The notes below the pieces were generated by a model. The model did not search any database. It saw only the letters and a program-made list of their open reading frames with translations, and was not told where the DNA came from. Positions 45,937-50,158 of a DNA stretch of 50,158 nucleotides are shown piece by piece (positions within the stretch are counted from its first letter, which is position 1; every line of letters begins with the position of its first letter). The position numbers were made by a program, and so were the translations under genes. Source of the DNA: Escherichia phage LHE71; the sequence record OP455115; one strand, given 5' to 3'.

Positions 45937-46698
45937 TTAATCTCCTGTAGAAAAGTCTGGAACAGCCCAACAGCGGCAATTGTATTCCTCACCCGGGAAT
46001 ACATGATCGGAATCTACCGCTATGCGCTTACCTTCCCATCTTACATGTTTTTCACGTTCGCGTAAATCCATCACCCCGCGCCAGAAATAGTAAGATACAC
46101 CAGCGTCTTTTATGCGCTGCCGCATCAGTCTACTGTTCCATGTTCCGACAATTCCCGACGCTCTATTTTTGGCCCAGCTACGGTAAATACCAAATCGCTC
46201 CTTAGCAAGTTCAACAACAAAATCCTTGCTTTTACCCTGACCGGATGCCGCACGAAGTTTATCAGTGAAATCAGTAACCATGTTGGCGGCAAATTTCCTG
46301 ATAGAAGTAGTCACCTGCGATCGCCACAGATTATATTGTCCTGAGTACCAGTTTTCGGCAGCGGTAGGACCAATCAGGGCTAGTAGCATCACGGCTTGAT
46401 TCTTCTTACCTCCAGCATTGCGAGCGATGCGCAGCCACTGCTTAGAGTTGAATTTATAGATCGCGAGCGCAACGGATGATAGAGAACCAATAATCGGAGC
46501 GATGAGTGATTCGACGTAATCAAGCAATGACCTTTCTGTCTGATCTATCTCTTCGTCAGTAGCGTCAAATTTCATCGGCTTTAATTCGTCACGCATTTTT
46601 TCAGTTAGTTTGGCTGCAACATCCTGTAGGGAGCGCGACATTGCGCGCTCGCTCATTTCAGGATAGCGCCACTGTGTTGCAACGCCATTAATTTTCAT
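45937..46698 (-). CDS. Head morphogenesis protein (Mu F-like)
   Basis: 253 aa; C-terminal W..GKRI...VFPGEEYNCRCW segment typical of Mu F / SPP1 gp7. Confidence 0.6.
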   Translation of the reverse strand: MKINGVATQWRYPEMSERAMSRSLQDVAAKLTEKMRDELKPMKFDATDEEIDQTERSLLDYVESLIAPIIGSLSSVALAIYKFNSKQWLRIARNAGGKKNQAVMLLALIGPTAAENWYSGQYNLWRSQVTTSIRKFAANMVTDFTDKLRAASGQGKSKDFVVELAKERFGIYRSWAKNRASGIVGTWNSRLMRQRIKDAGVSYYFWRGVMDLREREKHVRWEGKRIAVDSDHVFPGEEYNCRCWAVPDFSTGD

Positions 46699-47971
46699 CT
46701 TCTAACTTCTCCCCTAACCCCGGTTCCGGCTCAGTTGTTTCTTCCGGTTCGCGAATGTTGATGTTATTGCCATCCTTGAGTTTGAACTCAGGGGCAATAG
46801 ATCGCAAAGTGTCGCGAGCTTCTTCCAGATCGATGATTTGCTCAGTGATAGCCTTCGTGACTGACTCAACGTTATTCTTCGTGATCTCTGATTCCTCTTT
46901 CTTGCTCGGAACAGACAAAGGCTCAAACTCGATCGACCACTCTTCCTCATCAACAATGAACGGCAACAAGAACTCAAGAAGCGGCCTGTAATCTTCCTCG
47001 CGCTTGCGATCGACTAGCTTATAGAAAGTCTCAAGCGCTGTGTTTTGGCTCGCTGATACGCCGCCTACGTTCTTATTCTTGATGATAATCTCATGAATCC
47101 CGGATAGGGAGACGATGCGGTCCATCTTGCTTGACAAGAACTCAGGAACTCCGCTGATATCAGAGTTTAGAACGTCGTATTCTTCCGTCTCAGCATCGAT
47201 ACCGATCGCACGGCCTACGCCGGAGTTATCATCAACCTGAGCAAGTCGCAGGCGCGCGGCATACTGAGCATTATCATCATCACACATTTCAACAAGACCT
47301 TTGACCTTCCATACAGCCTGTTGCTTACGTCGCAAGATCTGAGTAGCCAGAGATTCACAGTAATCATAGTCACAGATTGCATCAATCAGTGACTTGTTCA
47401 ATACCGAAGCTCCCCATCCTTGATTCTGCTTTCTTGCCTGTTGCGTTACTCTTTCACCATCAGCAATAAAGACTCTTGAGTGATGAATCAGATACGGCTG
47501 CATATTGTCGCCAGGGGATACCTTGTAAATTTCAGGCTCACCATAGCGAGGGGATCTTGCATTGGTGACTCGCTTTTCAACAGAGATAGCAAATCGATCG
47601 TAAACTCGGACGCCTTCAAGTTTAGCTCCAGGTTTTGCCTGACTGGTTAACATCCTGTTGTCTTTGATGATTGCCACCATCGCCGCGCCGCCGTAAAGTC
47701 GTGCCCAACAAAGAAGATCCACCAGACTTGAATCAAGTTTGTAGCTATCCCATAAAGACTTGAACTCTTTTTCATCCTTAACGCCTGACATTTTAAAACC
47801 AGCCGTCACCATCTCTTCCGGGATAACATCCACAATTCGCTTCGCGGTTGCGTTGTCGTTGTAGAAAGAACCGACGTGATATGATGCATCAGACATAAAG
47901 AATGGCTTAGGCGAACCGTCCGCGCCGCCGTTAAAGATATCGTTATAGCCATCATGCTTAACAATTTTCAT
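46688..47971 (-). CDS. Portal protein
   Basis: Start at MKIVKHDG with SD GGAGGAAAC; size and position after terminase. Confidence 0.7.
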   Translation of the reverse strand: MKIVKHDGYNDIFNGGADGSPKPFFMSDASYHVGSFYNDNATAKRIVDVIPEEMVTAGFKMSGVKDEKEFKSLWDSYKLDSSLVDLLCWARLYGGAAMVAIIKDNRMLTSQAKPGAKLEGVRVYDRFAISVEKRVTNARSPRYGEPEIYKVSPGDNMQPYLIHHSRVFIADGERVTQQARKQNQGWGASVLNKSLIDAICDYDYCESLATQILRRKQQAVWKVKGLVEMCDDDNAQYAARLRLAQVDDNSGVGRAIGIDAETEEYDVLNSDISGVPEFLSSKMDRIVSLSGIHEIIIKNKNVGGVSASQNTALETFYKLVDRKREEDYRPLLEFLLPFIVDEEEWSIEFEPLSVPSKKEESEITKNNVESVTKAITEQIIDLEEARDTLRSIAPEFKLKDGNNINIREPEETTEPEPGLGEKLEDEN

Positions 47972-47983
47972 GTTTCCTCCAAT

Positions 47984-48009
47984 AAAAAGGGCCGTCAATT
48001 GACAGCCCT
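47984..48009 (-). terminator. Hairpin plus T-run between terminase and portal genes
   Basis: Stem GGGCCGTCAA/TTGACAGCCC followed by 5-T run on the minus strand. Confidence 0.4.
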
Positions 48010-48025
48010 AATTATATCTCATTTA

Positions 48026-49594
48026 TTACCGCTTAACCATCCCGGCGAGTCGCTTCATTCTCTCGATAGGATCATCAATGGTCAGCAATTCGATGTTCGC
48101 TGCATCCATGAAGTTATCGACGATATCATCATGCGGATGGGTGTCATCGTAAGTGAAGGCGCTGTGTTCAGCGATAATTTCAGCAAGCATAGGGTGCTCT
48201 TCTGGCAGAACCACACGCCCGGCTTTAATAACTGGCTGAGCATCCATAGCTCGGGTAACTTTATCTTTGTTACGCTGCAATGGTGTGATTGAGATCGGAG
48301 TCTTTTTCCTTAAGTTCTGAATCAAGCCCGTTCCGCTCGCTTTATCTTCCACGTAGATTTTGCGAAGCACGCCCATTGATTTATTGTGCCTCCATGCCTG
48401 ATTCACAAATGCGGTAAATTGTTTCTCCATATCAGGCGCTTCCCACTTGCCGCGAATACCGTCGATAAAGTAAACCTTATCGTTTTTCTTACCCCATAAA
48501 CAAAAGACTGTGTAGTCGTTTAGCTCACCTGTCTTCTGAGCGGTATCAGCGGTGATAAAACGGTAATCATATTTACCAGGATCTGGCTCGTCAGCGTCAA
48601 GGCTGCTTCCGTAATAAGTCCACCACTCCGAGTTAAACACGGAGCCACCAAGCGCGATCGGCTTCTGTTGATACTGGGAATCAAAGGTGTACTGGTCCGC
48701 TTCGCGCAAAGCTAATAGGTCGTGAACACTTTCCTTGCTGGGCCAGAATGAATAATGCTTAACACCATCCAATTCTACATACTCAGACGACAAAACGTCG
48801 CGCTCGAAATAAGGCTGCAACCAGTCAGGAAGCGTCTTTCCGTATTCTTCAGTCACCAGCGCCGGGATCGAAATCTGGTCAAACTCAATACCCATACCGC
48901 CATTCATCATAAACCAGGTTGAATCCTGCGCGTGCAGTCGCTGCTGGATTGCGATAATCGGCGTCTCGTTGTGCATACGACGGGAGCGGATAGTGTTCTT
49001 CAATAGCATGTGCGTACGCTCACGCTTAACCTTTGAGAACATATCATCAGGCTTGTCGATGTCGTCGAGCATTACCATCCCCGAGAATCCAGGCGTCATG
49101 TACCCACCACGCGAACCTGTAATACGACCGCCAGCCGCAGCGGATATCAACTCAAACCAAACCTTTCCATCTTCGTTAAGAACCTGCATCTCCTCATCTT
49201 TCGATGTACCGAACTTGCAAGGCCATAGCTCTTGGAACTCTTTGCTGCTGATAATCTCACGAACTCGCTTACTGTTACGCTTAACCAGGCTGTCAGCAAA
49301 CGACACGTTAAGGTTTCGCACCTTCTTACACTTTAGCATTGCGTACACCGGAAGGTGAATTGAGAACACTTCAGTTTTACCGGAACCAGGCGTGACGTTA
49401 AAGATTGTATTCCCTCGCCGCCCTGCAATAATTTCCTCCACTTCGTGACATAGGTAAAGGTGATGCCAGTTAGGCTGAAACTGCTGCGCCTGCATAATCT
49501 GGAACCAGATCCTAATCATCTTCTCGAAATTCGCCTCACTCATTTTCTTGATCGCTAACTTCTGAGTTGCGTCGAGGTCTTCCCATTGAATCAT
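48026..49594 (-). CDS. terL: Terminase large subunit
   Basis: 522 aa; Walker A TPGSGKT in N-terminal ATPase, acidic nuclease-type C-terminal domain. Confidence 0.85.
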   Translation of the reverse strand: MIQWEDLDATQKLAIKKMSEANFEKMIRIWFQIMQAQQFQPNWHHLYLCHEVEEIIAGRRGNTIFNVTPGSGKTEVFSIHLPVYAMLKCKKVRNLNVSFADSLVKRNSKRVREIISSKEFQELWPCKFGTSKDEEMQVLNEDGKVWFELISAAAGGRITGSRGGYMTPGFSGMVMLDDIDKPDDMFSKVKRERTHMLLKNTIRSRRMHNETPIIAIQQRLHAQDSTWFMMNGGMGIEFDQISIPALVTEEYGKTLPDWLQPYFERDVLSSEYVELDGVKHYSFWPSKESVHDLLALREADQYTFDSQYQQKPIALGGSVFNSEWWTYYGSSLDADEPDPGKYDYRFITADTAQKTGELNDYTVFCLWGKKNDKVYFIDGIRGKWEAPDMEKQFTAFVNQAWRHNKSMGVLRKIYVEDKASGTGLIQNLRKKTPISITPLQRNKDKVTRAMDAQPVIKAGRVVLPEEHPMLAEIIAEHSAFTYDDTHPHDDIVDNFMDAANIELLTIDDPIERMKRLAGMVKR

Positions 49595-49633
49595 AATTGA
49601 ATCTCCTTCATGGGCGCTTTCGCGCCCGTAACG

Positions 49634-50158
49634 TTAAAGCATATCAAGAATGCTGTTCACTGCCTCTTTCATTGCATCCTCAGTGGTGGCAACAGAGGTC
49701 GATGCGGAAGCTGCCGAGTTTTCGATATTGATTGAGGCTGGTTTATCGATCCCGAGATCCTTACCGATAAATGAGGCGTTAATAACACCGTTGGCGGCAA
49801 GCTGAAATTTTTGCTCGTTGATTACAGATTCCACGAACTCCATAACCTCGCTATATTCCTCTTCTCGCTTCCACTTAATGATCGCGGCCTCACTTGCACC
49901 GATGAATAGTCTGTATCCGGTCCACGTAAACACTCGCGGCTTATGAACAAGCGATTCATACACGCCACCCTGGAAGCTGGCTGATTCTGACGCCTTTATC
50001 GCGTTGTCCTCAGCCCATTCGAAATACTTCACCGACAGATCGAATAGTTGTTCTGGCGTCATCGCACGGTTTTTCGCGAGTACAGTGCCGAATTTTTTCT
50101 TGTATAGCTCTTTGAAATTACCACCCTGGACTACGGGAGCGTTCTTAGGTTCACTCAT
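49634..50158 (-). CDS. terS: Terminase small subunit candidate
   Basis: 174-aa ORF immediately upstream of terL; ATG falls on the last three bases of the window. Confidence 0.5.
   Translation of the reverse strand: MSEPKNAPVVQGGNFKELYKKKFGTVLAKNRAMTPEQLFDLSVKYFEWAEDNAIKASESASFQGGVYESLVHKPRVFTWTGYRLFIGASEAAIIKWKREEEYSEVMEFVESVINEQKFQLAANGVINASFIGKDLGIDKPASINIENSAASASTSVATTEDAMKEAVNSILDML

Noticed and set aside
49612-49627. Stem-loop GGGCGC/GCGCCC between terS and terL as a terminator
   Set aside because: No T-run on either strand; more likely an RNA stability or translational coupling element
1-50158. Lysogeny module (integrase, CI-type repressor, attP) and tRNA genes
   Set aside because: No tyrosine/serine recombinase signature, no long repressor-type HTH protein and no tRNA-like cloverleaf sequences were recognisable; the only HTH regulator is the small Cro-like 22670..23122 protein

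Overview
The window reads as a near-complete genome of a tailed dsDNA siphovirus with five blocks of alternating strand. It has lambda-like tail genes (J/I/K/L/M, tape measure, G/GT chaperone), a T1-like unimolecular spanin and a Cor/Llp-like lipoprotein. Block 1 (1-8956, minus) is a dense early arm of small genes plus a dNMP-kinase-like P-loop kinase, a HAD phosphatase, an ASCH/DUF3850 protein and a coupled pair I interpret as a DpdA-like enzyme with a YhhQ-like transporter. Block 2 (9568-15055, plus) holds a small zinc-ribbon gene, a frameshifted C5-methyltransferase-like gene, small early genes and a large P-loop replication protein. Block 3 (15177-22575, minus) holds lysis genes, a metallophosphoesterase, Dam methyltransferase, VRR-NUC, HNH endonuclease and an SF2 helicase. 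Block 4 (22670-26002, plus) holds a Cro-like regulator, a primase-like zinc-ribbon protein and a tail fibre with C-terminal chaperone domain. Block 5 (26031-50158, minus) holds SSB, Erf and exonuclease, then the tail, head, portal and terminase genes. No integrase, CRISPR array, tRNA or rRNA was recognised. The most notable signals are the candidate 7-deazaguanine DNA-modification salvage pair, a promoter-like module repeated about 20 times with fixed 22-nt geometry, the frameshifted methyltransferase-like gene, and a small paralogous domain family. All functional calls are from reading the translations and recalled family motifs; no database search was run.
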